DNA of 64,000 nucleotides from Eledone cirrhosa. Its lineage: Eukaryota. Under the pieces are notes generated by a model. It searched no databases, was not told the DNA's origin, and worked only from the letters and a program-made list of their open reading frames with translations. This document shows, piece after piece, positions 14,652-28,698 of this stretch (position 1 is its first letter; the number at the start of each line of letters is the position of its first letter). Location: positions 20,398,001 to 20,462,000 of the forward strand of contig OZ024742.1 in the NCBI GenBank assembly GCA_964016885.1, given 5' to 3'. The translations under genes and the position numbers were made by a program.

Positions 14652-16505
14652 TCATGTTCTGTAGAAGTCCCTATAGCTTGAGGGGAGTTCACATCTTCTT
14701 GTGTTGCTACTGTCCATATATTTTGAGAAAGGTCCCGGCTCTAAGGTGTCTGCATTCCCGAAGAAGTCGGTTCTGAGGTTTATCAGGCCGCTTCCACCTC
14801 TTAGTATCTCGAGGGTCTCGTTCAGGCATAGTTTGCATATGCAAGATCCCCCTTTATCGGGTGGTACTTTCCTGATTATGTACCATGCCAGAGAGTATGG
14901 GGTCCTGTCCAGCTTAAGCTTCCAGATCAGGTCGGAGAGAGCTGTGCTTTTCCTTTTGGCCTCCTTCTTGAATGAATGGCGATGGTTGTACCAGCGGTCC
15001 TTAAAGCTCGTTGATGTGGCTCCTATGTAGAGGTGTTCGGAGTTGGGGGTTTTAACCCTACAACCGTACACTATGTTCTTCTTGAGACATTCATTACCAA
15101 GGGGGCATGATTCGGGGTTTCTACAGTTGCAGAGGGTGGTCGGCCTCTGCGTGCCTAGATTAGGGTTCTCATTATGTGTTACATGTTGGTCCTCCCCCAT
15201 GCTCGGTGGGGGGGTCCTTGGGTCTGTTTGTGTTTCTTGGGTGGGCTCTGGGTCCCCCCTTCCCTCCTTTCACATGGTTCTGCTGAGTGTTTGTATTGCC
15301 ATCTTCTGGTTGTGTGTGGTTTTTAAGCCTACTTCTGTTGATGCTAGCTATGTGTTGGGCCAAATTTCTCGTGGTGGAATACGAAAGCTTCACAGTGTGT
15401 CTGTTGAAGATCCTGTGGTATCTGTGGTCCCTCGGGAAGCATTTGTCAGGTGCTCCAAAGAATAATCGGGCCAAGCTTTTCTTTAGGGCCGCTGAGTAGG
15501 ATGGGTTGTACCACGTGATTTGTCGGTGTCTCCTCCTATATGTGTGGGTTGGGGGCTTCGTGATTTGTTGGAGATTTGTTGGTTTGCTGGTGGTTTCCGC
15601 ACTGATGCTTCCCTTTTGGGCTCTATACTTTTTGTTATCTTCACGGCCCGGATTTGTGGGGTGGTTGTTGTCTGCCCCGGGAGATCCATCGTGGGGTGGT
15701 CGCTCGTTTCCTCCCCCCCCACGTGTCCTGCGGTTGGGGTTGTCCGTCCTGGGGTAGTTAGCATCACGCCTGAGACTGCTACTCATATTGTGCTCCATCT
15801 CGTGGTCAAGCGCACCAGTCCCCACCGCCCGTGTGGTGGTGTCTGGTACATGGTGCCTATTTGATTCTGCTCTGCCTGTATTGTTAGGGTTCGCCCTCCC
15901 GCCTCTGGCAACGCGGTTGTGGGTGTCTGTTGGGCTATCCACCTCTCGGCTTTTCGGAATATATGTTATATTTTGTCCATGTGCTGCCTTCTTTAGAGCT
16001 GCGTTGTAATATTCCGCGTGGTTGTTGAATATTTCCTTACTTGCGGCGTGGATGATGCTCACCTCCTCTCGGGTTAGGTCCGTATTGGACATCGCTAAAA
16101 ATAGGGCCTTATTAAATACTATGGGTGAGATTGAGGAGTAGTAGCTTGCGATGTCCAGTTGTATAAAGCTGGTCCTACTTTTCTCATGCAGTATTTTGAA
16201 CCATTCTATTACTTCTCTCGTGCATGACCATTGCTGTAATTTGGTTTTCTTCCGAAGCTTGGGCAAAATCCTATCCAGTATTCTTTTACTGACGATCCCT
16301 AGGTCAGATCTGGAGGGGGCTATTAGTCTGACAGGGAGGTCGGACTCAAAGTTTGACTTGTGGTCTTTAAGGGTAATCCGCGGCTCCCTTGTTGGTATGG
16401 GGCCGTCCTGTCCTCTATGCCGATTCTGGATATAATCCTGTAAGCTGTGGCATTGATCTCATCCAGGGTAAATCCAGGTGTTTTTTTGTAGCACTTCCTC
16501 AGTTC
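14652..16505 (-). pseudogene. Disrupted PLE RT-GIY-YIG ORF lacking the catalytic YxDD region
   Basis: FIQLDIASYYSSI..IIHAA is joined directly to SKEIFNNHAEYY (~16040). Frameshifts present. CNCRNPESCP, IVY..YIG and CKLC are retained. Confidence 0.9.
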
Positions 16506-16744
16506 CCATTTTATCAATTTTTAAGCTAACTCCAACAATAACAACACTTAGAATGAAGAATGTTCTAATAACTGACCAATGAGAGGAGAAGGGGACCTGT
16601 GACACGAAAATTCGTTTGTTTGAATTCATATGACTCCAGTTCCCCAGTGAATTAACAACCCAACAAGGAACTGGGCATATCAGAGTATTGACAATATCAT
16701 ACACCTAAACAACATATGTACTTGTCTATACCATACTAATTCAA

Positions 16745-16799
16745 ACTGCCTGAAGAGGTCACAGCCAAAGATGGCTGTCACTGAAATATATATAGCAGT
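16745..16799 (+). ncRNA. Type I hammerhead ribozyme, canonical core (family C, inverted arm)
   Basis: ACTGC CTGAAGA ggtc ACAGCCA aaga TGGCTGT cact GAAA TATAT ATA GCAGT. Confidence 0.88.
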
Positions 16800-16947
16800 A
16801 ATAAACGAAGCTAAATTTTAATCATTTGACTTTTATTTAACTTTATTTTACGCTACTCCGGAGTAACCAAACCAACCTGCGCACTTCGTCGAGTGCTCCA
16901 GCCTGCATACTGAGGTGTTGGTATACAACCAACATAAACTCAAAATC

Positions 16948-17731
<784 letters not shown>

Positions 17732-17782
17732 AAATATTAAACAAATAATGAATAAACAATTCCTTATATTAAACAAAAAAAG

Positions 17783-17937
17783 TTCATTATTTAACGATCG
17801 TTTCTAGGATATATATGTGTTAGAATTGGTATGCATATTCAACAGATCTATGTACAAAATTATACAAAATTATACAAATTATCAAGATTAAATATACATA
17901 CCAAACACATATATACGCCGTCTTCAGAAATAATGAA
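17783..17937 (-). ncRNA. Hammerhead ribozyme with extended stem II (D1 inverted arm)
   Basis: Reverse complement of 25558-25712. Confidence 0.8.
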
Positions 17938-19180
17938 GTATATTTATTGATAATAACAACAATTCAAAATTTCAGTTCAAAATTGACCAATGAAAACACA
18001 AAGGGTTAAATGCAGTTAGGTGTGTGTATATACATGTAAAACCCTTACACATATTTTACAAAAATGTATGTATAATTTGTATACGCATACTAAAAGGATG
18101 GATGCAAATACAAAATTTCAAGGTTAATGTCTCTGTAAGCTTACAATGCGCAGATAAGATGCGCATTGATACTTATGGAGTCAAGTATATAAATATATTT
18201 CTACATACTCACACATATCAGTACAATCACACATACACGCGCGTATATGCATAAATATACACATAACCACGAACATACAAACACACACACAACCCCCACT
18301 CACATTTATATATGTGGATATAAAATCATAAGCACATGGATATTAATTCACTCACATAAAACACTGGCACACACATTTTTAGATCAAGATACGGAAATTA
18401 GGTGGGAGGGGGGGGGAGGGGTCAGTATTCAACTGTCTGAGCAAACTGCCTAATATAAATGTATCTATAAATTAAGAAAAATAAAAAAATAAAACAATAA
18501 AATATAATAAATATAATATAATATACATACACATACAGATATATACACATACATACATGTACACGCACATAGAAATATTTACACATACACACATACGCAC
18601 ATACAAATACAGTCATACACACACATACACCTACACGAACATACACATACACATATATAAAGATATATATATATACACACACACACACGCAACACATACA
18701 CACATACACATATATATAAAAAATAAATAATAAAGATATATACATATATATATATACACATACATATATATATATACATATATACATATACATACACATA
18801 CATCTAAATATACATACACATACATACACACATACATGTACATACATGTACATACATATACATACATCGATATACATATATATATATATACATATACACA
18901 CACATAGACATATAGATACATACACACACAACTTACATACACACATACATATATACATGTATATTCATACATAGAATTAGATATATAATCATACATACAT
19001 ATGCACTTACTTATACTCATATATATAAATACATACGCATCCATATATGCGTATATACATAAAAAACCCCTACAACCTCACCTAACTCAGACATACAAAT
19101 AAAAATAATAATAAAAAGGCATATGTATATACATACACACACGCATTAATAGAGATATATATATACACACATACATACAC

Positions 19181-19237
<57 letters not shown>

Positions 19238-19345
19238 TACACTCATACGTATATATATATATATATATATACACATAGATATCCACACACTCATACCACC
19301 ATAAATACACATACAAACACCCATATATACATATATATACACACG

Positions 19346-19377
<32 letters not shown>

Positions 19378-19500
19378 TAAAAAACAGACATGCACATATA
19401 TATATATTTTTTTACACTTATATATACACATATTATATACACATACACAATCTCACTTATACACACATACACATAAGTTATATTATAATAATAAAGAATA

Positions 19501-19543
<43 letters not shown>

Positions 19544-19633
19544 CATACATACATACATATACATACATACATATAAACATATACATACATAAATACACAC
19601 ATACGAATATATACATATATTCACACATAGACA

Positions 19634-19679
<46 letters not shown>

Positions 19680-20369
19680 CACACATACATATACACAGAC
19701 ACATATACACACTCACATATATATATATGTGTGTGTGCGTGCACACACACACATATATACACACACACACACATATACACATAAACACATACATATGCAT
19801 ACATGCACACACACGCACATATATCACATAGATACGAAGATAAACATATAAATAGAGAGACATACATATATATACAACACACATACACACACATACATAC
19901 ACACGCATATACATATACATATATATATACACATATATATATTCCTATATATACATGCATACACATATATACACATATATACACATACATACACATATAC
20001 GTACACACATTCACATACACATACATATATAATGCATATATACACATATATACATACATATACACACTCATATATACACACGCAATCTTACATTCATATT
20101 TGCATGCGCATATATGTATTTTTATATTTAGATATAAATACCCAAACCTATATAGACACCTACCTACATATATATTCATACATAGACGCTTACAAATACA
20201 GATGATAATAGTATGGGGGAAAGGGGGGGTTTGGAGAAGGGGATCAAAGTAAATATATGTTTCAAGAAACATAAAATATTTTCCGTATCTTTATCCAATG
20301 TATGTTCTTACATATTTTCAGTGTTAGGAAATACAGCAAACAAGAACTAAGGCAAAATCTATGCATCTC

Positions 20370-22101
20370 TAAAAATATTAGGTGTAAATCTTCTGCTTCT
20401 TTCCTACAATTTGATATAGATAATTACTATTCTTCTATATCACCTATACTCCTGAACAAAGCATTGATATTTGCTAAAAATAGATCTAACTTAACTTTGG
20501 ATGACATTAACATTATTACACATGCTAGACTAACACTTATTGAATTTCAGAATGAATACTGGACCAGAAACACATACAGTAATCTTTTTGATATTACTAT
20601 GGGTTCAAGCGATTCCGCCCAAATTACTGATCTTGTGGGCCTCTTTCTCCTTTTCAACATAAATGCCTCTTTTCCCCACCTCAAAGGTGGTTTATATCGT
20701 GATGACTGTCTTCTTCTTTCTAACAACCTTAGCCTTTCAGAAATCGAAAAAAACAAAAAACATATTCGAACTTTCTTTAAAGACTATTATAATCTTAATA
20801 TTACTTTTGAAAAAACAAGTAAAGTAGTAAATTTCCTAGATATAACTTTAGATTTAGCTACGGGTATCTACCAACCTTACCATAAACCTAACCAAAACTT
20901 ACATTACATACACTCACAATCTAATCACCCTAAATCTATCCTTAAAAACCTTGCATATAATATATCACTTAGAATTTCTAACCTTTCTTCTAACCAAGAT
21001 GTATTTGATAAAAATGCGACCTTCTATAACGAAGCTCTAGATAGAAGTGGCCACAAAAATAGATTAGAGTATATACCTTCTACTAAGAATACTGAAAGCA
21101 TACAACATAATATTACCAACAAACACCAAATGAAAAATACACACCTAAATGCCACCCACACTATACCCCAAAATACTAAATCTTCTAATATAAAGTATAG
21201 TAACTCTCAAAAAACTACTCATCATACAACTATAATAAATATTAATAATAAAACTCCTAATAAAAAGGATAAAACACCTAAATCTACAAATATAACTAAA
21301 AATAGTTGTGGTGAGATCATTAACATTAATCCTCCTAGTAAAAATCACGATACAACCTATAAAAATAATAAAAATAATAAACAACATAGAAACCGTAATA
21401 GACGGGTTACTTGGTATAATGCTCCTTTTAATTTACAAGTTAAGGATAATATTGCTAAAAAATTTTTTTATATCCTTGAGAAAAACTTCCCGCCAAACCA
21501 CAAATACCATCAAATCTTAAATAGGTCTACGGTTAAATTCTCATACTCTACAACAAATAACATAAAACAAAATATAAGTGCATATAATGCATATAAATGT
21601 AAGAAAACCATAAGTATACCACCAGTACATCAAATTAACCATAATATCTCCTCAAATACAGAATTAACGAAAGGATGTAACTGTAGAAACAAAGCAAACT
21701 GCCCATTAAAAAGGAATTGTCTTGTTAACAACATAGTCTATAAATGTAATGTTAAAACTAAAGATTCTATTTGCTCATATATAGGAGCTACCTCTAACAA
21801 TTTTAAGACAAGGTTTAATACCCACAAGCATAGTTTTAAAAATGCCGCACTGGCTAATACAACATCTCTAGCAGAAAAAATCAATAGTTATAAAAATAAG
21901 AATATAAAATATGATTTGACCTGGAGTGTGCTCAAAAGAGCCACCCCTTATCAAAATAATAGAAATGAATGTAGATTATGTTCCCAAGAACTATTTGAAA
22001 TAATGAAGTCTAAGGATATCTTATTAAATAAACGACAGGAATTAATTATATCGTGTAATCATAAACTAAAAAAAACATTTAAATATTATAAACCTAATTA
22101 A
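20370..22101 (+). CDS. 5'-truncated PLE RT-GIY-YIG ORF (open frame, no native start)
   Basis: FLQFDIDNYY, MGSSDSAQ, GLYRDD, VNFLD, CNCRNKANCP, IVY..YIG, CRLC..E. The listed ATG at 20302 comes from the inverted arm. Confidence 0.9.
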
Positions 22102-22639
22102 TAACATTATTTTAGAAATTAATTTAATTTAAATGTTAGTTAACCTATAATTTTAATTTAATTAATATTTTATTACAGATGAGAATATAAAATATTATGT
22201 AATCATAAATTGTGAAAAACCTTTAAATATTACTAATATATACTTAGTAATTTAATTTATAGATTAATTTTAATTTATTTAAACCTTTTATTATAATTTT
22301 TTTATTATAATTCTTTTACAGATAAAATATAACAAAATAATATCGTGTATCCAATGACAGAGAAATAATTTTTAGTATTATAGACCTAATTAATATACAT
22401 TTTAGAAATATATTTATTATTTGGTTTTAGTTTTAATCAACCTAAAAATTTTTAATTTTAATTTGCTTAAAATTAGTATCCTTATACAGACGAATTGCAG
22501 AATGTCATGTAATCATAGAATGGGATGTGTTTTGGATATATACCTAGTTAATATATTCTATGCAATTTTTTGAAAAAGATATGTATATGTATATGTGTAT
22601 GTGTATGTGTGTGTATGTATGTATATGTGTATGTATGTA

Positions 22640-22680
<41 letters not shown>

Positions 22681-23807
22681 ATGTATATGTATATATGTAT
22701 GTGTTTGTATATGTATATGTATGCGTATTAATTTTGATTTCTATTTGCATATAATTATATTATGCTATTGATGAAATACAATATCTGCTTTATGTATTGT
22801 ATACCTAATTAACATATACTATTGAAATAAATATATAATTTTTAATTTAGTTAACATATAATTTATATTCTACTACCGATGTAATACTTTATTTTATTTT
22901 TATTTGGGTTTTTTTCCCTATTACTAAATTCATTTCCTAATATTGATACCATAACGTTATTAACTTTAATTTAGTTATACTGTAATTAATAATCTACTAC
23001 TGTTTAACTTCAAAATTCTGCTTCAAATATTATAAACCTAACTAATTTACACCTTAGAAATCAATATGTTGACTATCTTTGGTTTAGTTAACATATGATT
23101 AATGGTATATTTATTTATTTTGAGATGCATAGATTTTGCCTTAGTTCTTGTTTGCTGTATTTCCTAACACTGAAAATATGTAAGAACATACATTGGATAA
23201 AGATACGGAAAATATTTTATGTTTCTTGAAACATATATTTACTTTGATCCCCTTCTCCAAACCCCCCCTTTCCCCCATACTATTATCATCTGTATTTGTA
23301 AGCGTCTATGTATGAATATATATGTAGGTAGGTGTCTATATAGGTTTGGGTATTTATATCTAAATATAAAAATACATATATGCGCATGCAAATATGAATG
23401 TAAGATTGCGTGTGTATATATGTGTGTATATGTATGTATATATGTGTATATATGCATTATATATGTATGTGTATGTGAATGTGTGTACGTATATGTGTAT
23501 GTATGTGTATATATGTGTATATATGTGTATGCATGTATATATAGGAATATATATATGTGTATATATATATGTATATGTATATGCGTGTGTATGTATGTGT
23601 GTGTATGTGTGTTGTATATATATGTATGTCTCTCTATTTATATGTTTATCTTCGTATCTATGTGATATATGTGCGTGTGTGTGCATGTATGCATATGTAT
23701 GTGTTTATGTGTATATGTGTGTGTGTGTGTATATATGTGTGTGTGCACGCACACACACATATATATATATGTGAGTGTGTATATGTGTCTGTGTATATGT
23801 ATGTGTG

Positions 23808-23857
<50 letters not shown>

Positions 23858-23947
23858 TGTCTATGTGTGAATATATGTATATATTCGTATGTGTGTATTT
23901 ATGTATGTATATGTTTATATGTATGTATGTATATGTATGTATGTATG

Positions 23948-23983
<36 letters not shown>

Positions 23984-24111
23984 TATATTATTCTTTATTA
24001 TTATAATATAACTTATGTGTATGTGTGTATAAGTGAGATTGTGTATGTGTATATAATATGTGTATATATAAGTGTAAAAAAATATATATATATGTGCATG
24101 TCTGTTTTTTA

Positions 24112-24143
<32 letters not shown>

Positions 24144-24275
24144 CGTGTGTATATATATGTATATATGGGTGTTTGTATGTGTATTTATGGTGGTATGAGT
24201 GTGTGGATATCTATGTGTATATATATATATATATATATACGTATGAGTGTATGTGTGTGTATATATATATATATA

Positions 24276-24308
<33 letters not shown>

Positions 24309-25557
24309 GTGTATGTATGTGTGTATATATATATCTCTATTAATGCGTGTGTGTATGTATATACATATGCCTTTTTATTATTATTTTTATTTGTATGTCT
24401 GAGTTAGGTGAGGTTGTAGGGGTTTTTTATGTATATACGCATATATGGATGCGTATGTATTTGTATATATGAGTATAAGTAAGTGCATATGTATGTATGA
24501 TTATATATCTAATTCTATGTATGAATATACATGTATATATGTATGTGTGTATGTAAGTTGTGTGTGTATGTATCTATATGTCTATGTGTGTGTATATGTA
24601 TATATATATATATGTATATCGATGTATGTATATGTATGTACATGTATGTACATGTATGTGTGTATGTATGTGTATGTATATTTAGATGTATGTGTATGTA
24701 TATGTATATATGTATATATATATATATATGTATGTGTATATATATATATGTATATATCTTTATTATTTATTTTTTATATATATGTGTATGTGTGTATGTG
24801 TTGCGTGTGTGTGTGTGTATATATATATATCTTTATATATGTGTATGTGTATGTTCGTGTAGGTGTATGTGTGTGTATGACTGTATATGTATGTGCGTAT
24901 GTGTGTATGCGTAAATATTTCTATGTGCGTGTACATGTATGTATGTGTATATATCTGTATGTGTATGTATATTATATTATATTTATTATATTTTATTGTT
25001 TTATTTTTTTATTTTTCTTAATTTATAGATACATTTATATTAGGCAGTTTGCTCAGACAGTTGAATACTGACCCCTCCCCCCCCCCCTCCCACCTAATTT
25101 CCGTATCTTGATCTAAAAATGTGTGTGCCAGTGTTTTATGTGAGTGAATTAATATCCATGTGCTTATGATTTTATATCCACATATATAAATGTGAGTGGG
25201 GGTTGTGTGTGTGTTTGTATGTTCGTGGTTATGTGTATATTTATGCATATACGCGCGTGTATGTGTGATTGTACTGATATGTGTGAGTATGTAGAAATAT
25301 ATTTATATACTTGACTCCATAAGTATCAATGCGCATCTTATCTGCGCATTGTAAGCTTACAGAGACATTAACCTTGAAATTTTGTATTTGCATCCATCCT
25401 TTTAGTATGCGTATACAAATTATACATACATTTTTGTAAAATATGTGTAAGGGTTTTACATGTATATACACACACCTAACTGCATTTAACCCTTTGTGTT
25501 TTCATTGGTCAATTTTGAACTGAAATTTTGAATTGTTGTTATTATCAATAAATATAC

Positions 25558-25712
25558 TTCATTATTTCTGAAGACGGCGTATATATGTGTTTGGTATGTA
25601 TATTTAATCTTGATAATTTGTATAATTTTGTATAATTTTGTACATAGATCTGTTGAATATGCATACCAATTCTAACACATATATATCCTAGAAACGATCG
25701 TTAAATAATGAA
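25558..25712 (+). ncRNA. Hammerhead ribozyme with extended stem II (D1 3' end)
   Basis: TTCATTATTT CTGAAGA [~115-nt hairpin: tatatatgtgtt..tggtatgtatattta / ttgaatatgcatacca..aacacatatata] GAAAC GATC GTT AAATAATGAA. Confidence 0.82.
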
Positions 25713-25901
25713 CTTTTTTTGTTTAATATAAGGAATTGTTTATTCATTATTTGTTTAATATTTTATCTTGACTCTGTATACCGTTTATCTTTCACCGAAA
25801 GTGGTTTTTCATTACATCTCTTCTTTCCATGATATCCGGAATACATTGAGTTCTTCATACGGATTGGACACTACCGTAAACTCTTGGTAGATTTATCTAC
25901 A

Positions 25902-25939
<38 letters not shown>

Positions 25940-25945
25940 TATACT

Positions 25946-26039
<94 letters not shown>

Positions 26040-26049
26040 TATACATACA

Positions 26050-26115
<66 letters not shown>

Positions 26116-26126
26116 TATACATATAT

Positions 26127-26565
26127 GGGAGAGATGACACCTTAGAGAGATGACCCCGGGAGAGATGACCCCTTAGCCTTTGTCAAGGCAGAATTCTAGG
26201 AGAAGGAAAACTCTGATATAACACCTGCAACCCTGATGGTATCCAATGATGTTGACTTCTTCTTCTTTTTGGTAAATATCATCTTGGTTAAGAGAGTGGG
26301 ACTGGCTTTGTGCAGTGCCTTTGCTCACTATAAAAGCTTCACGGCACAGGCATTGCTTTATATCTGGAGATCTCTCTGCATTTGTCGTCACATGGTACCA
26401 TGGGCCCAGCACTATGTGTCAATAATTGTCACAAGTGTAGTGTTTGTACCAGTTTTCAAGTCGCTGGCTGGACTAAAATGTCACACTCGTTCGGCGCATC
26501 GGTAGGAGTTCTCCTACATGGATATAAAGTAGTGGCCGTACTCGAAAACGAGTTGGCAGCCACCA
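26127..26565 (+). mobile_element. Non-autonomous RTE-derived element, 5'-truncated copy 2
   Basis: Homologous to 33745-34353; stuttered 5' junction. Confidence 0.8.
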
Positions 26566-26591
26566 TATATATATATATGTGTATATATATG

Positions 26592-26680
<89 letters not shown>

Positions 26681-26689
26681 GTATGTATG

Positions 26690-26781
<92 letters not shown>

Positions 26782-26885
26782 TATATATATATATGTATAT
26801 GTATGTATGTATGTATATATATATATGTATATATATATATGTATGTATGTATATATATGTATATATATATGTATATATATATATG

Positions 26886-26932
<47 letters not shown>

Positions 26933-27063
26933 GTATGTATATCAATATATATATATATATATATGTATATATATGTATGTGTATATATATGTATATATAT
27001 GTATATGTATGTGTATATATATGTATATATATGTATATATATGTATGTATATATGTATATATG

Positions 27064-27158
<95 letters not shown>

Positions 27159-27313
27159 GTATATATATATATATATATGTATGTATACATATATGTATAT
27201 ATATGTATATATATGTATATATATGTATATATATGTATATATATGTATATATATGTATATATATATGTATATATATGTATATATATGTATATATATGTAT
27301 ATATATATGTATA

Positions 27314-27377
<64 letters not shown>

Positions 27378-27384
27378 TATATAT
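26566..27384. repeat. (TA)n/(TATG)n microsatellite
   Basis: Low-complexity tract. Confidence 0.98.
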
Positions 27385-27479
27385 ATAACGAAGGAAATGT
27401 GGTAAGGAACCAGGTGGACCATAACGCACCAAAGTACTCAATACTTGAGGTAGTAGAGTGGGTAATAGGAACCAGTAAG

Positions 27480-27573
27480 ACCCCGACAGCTGAGCTCAAG
27501 CCGTTTCGACGGCTAATTCTGGACTAAATGAAAATTTATCCTGGTATTTAAATAGCTGATCTTCTCAAGGGGT
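27480..27573 (-). ncRNA. Type I hammerhead ribozyme (family E, 3' copy)
   Basis: Reverse complement of 32713-32806 (one C>T giving a stem II change). Confidence 0.8.
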
Positions 27574-28698
27574 AATTCCATATATGGTCAAAGTGATTGT
27601 CAAAAATCAGTAGTAATTCTGTGGTTGCAAATTAGTAGGGGAGATGGTGGCTAAACCTGCCAGTAGGAGAAAGAGGGGAGGGGGTGGAGTAGCCCCAATC
27701 AAGCGTTTGTAGTGCCAGCTACAGCTGGGCATGAGGTCAAAGAAGATACAGGGGAGGGGGAGGGGGAGGAAGTCGGAACCCTAGGTAGAACAATGGGAGG
27801 TAGAAATATATAGGAAAGAAAAAATACTAAGAGTGAAGAAAAGCAAATAAGTGTAAAGAAAAACAAATGAGTGTAAAGAAAAAAGTAAAGTAAATTAAAT
27901 TCTACGACCTAGGTCTCTAGCTATTGTTAGTCTAGAATAAATAAATAAATAAAGAAAGAAAGAAGTAAAGAAAGAAATAAAGAAATAACGAAATAAGTAA
28001 AAGAACTAGGTGGGACGGAATAGGCGAGGACCCTTTTAAGAGGTATGAGTACGTAAATGATACGGTGACGGGTCAACAAAAGGGGCCAAAATACTAAAGA
28101 GACTACCAAGAAATAAACAATAAAGGTTTCCATCCCGGGCACAATTCCAGCAACCACCCAGTGCAGCAAAGTGAACTAATACGAGATAATAATTCTGAGT
28201 CCCGAGAAAAATATATACTAATGCTAACTCTAAAAGATCTAAAACAAGCTACATGAAAGTTCGTACGAAGTAAAGGTAGAATACGAAGAATAAATTCAGA
28301 ATCCACCCCGCCCAAAAGAAAAGCGAAGAAAGAAATACTGAAACGAAAAAATAAGGCATAAGTGCCACTAAGAAATATAGAGGGCACAGAGAATAGTGGG
28401 AGCGGTCGGAAAAAGGGGACAAGTATCCGGGGTCTAAACCAACTGCTATAAAGGGCGGAGTCCGCCAAATCTATCCTAGACTAGGGGAGGGGGTGGGGGT
28501 ACTAAGGCTACAAGGGGCCAAAGGGCAGCCTCGGGTGGGCGAGAAAAGACGCCGACAAAGGAGAAGAGCTGGGGTAGAAGGACTAAGGAGAGAGGGGGGA
28601 AGGAAGGAAATAAAGGAAGCGATAAAAGAATACAAAGAAGATCTTACGTCTCCCTTGGCAAGCAGGGGTTACCCATTGCAAAATCGGCAAGTGGGGTG

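Larger units (their letters stand above)
17731..25900 (+). mobile_element. PLE family D copy 1 (Hydra-type), 5'-truncated, with a 2.64-kb inverted arm
   Basis: 17731-20369 is the reverse complement of 23122-25764. RT/endonuclease ORF lies between the arms. Long microsatellite-rich 3' region. Confidence 0.93.

Noticed and set aside
20302-20369. N-termini of the 599-aa and 611-aa ORFs
   Set aside because: Derived from the inverted arm and fortuitously in frame with truncated RT; not native starts
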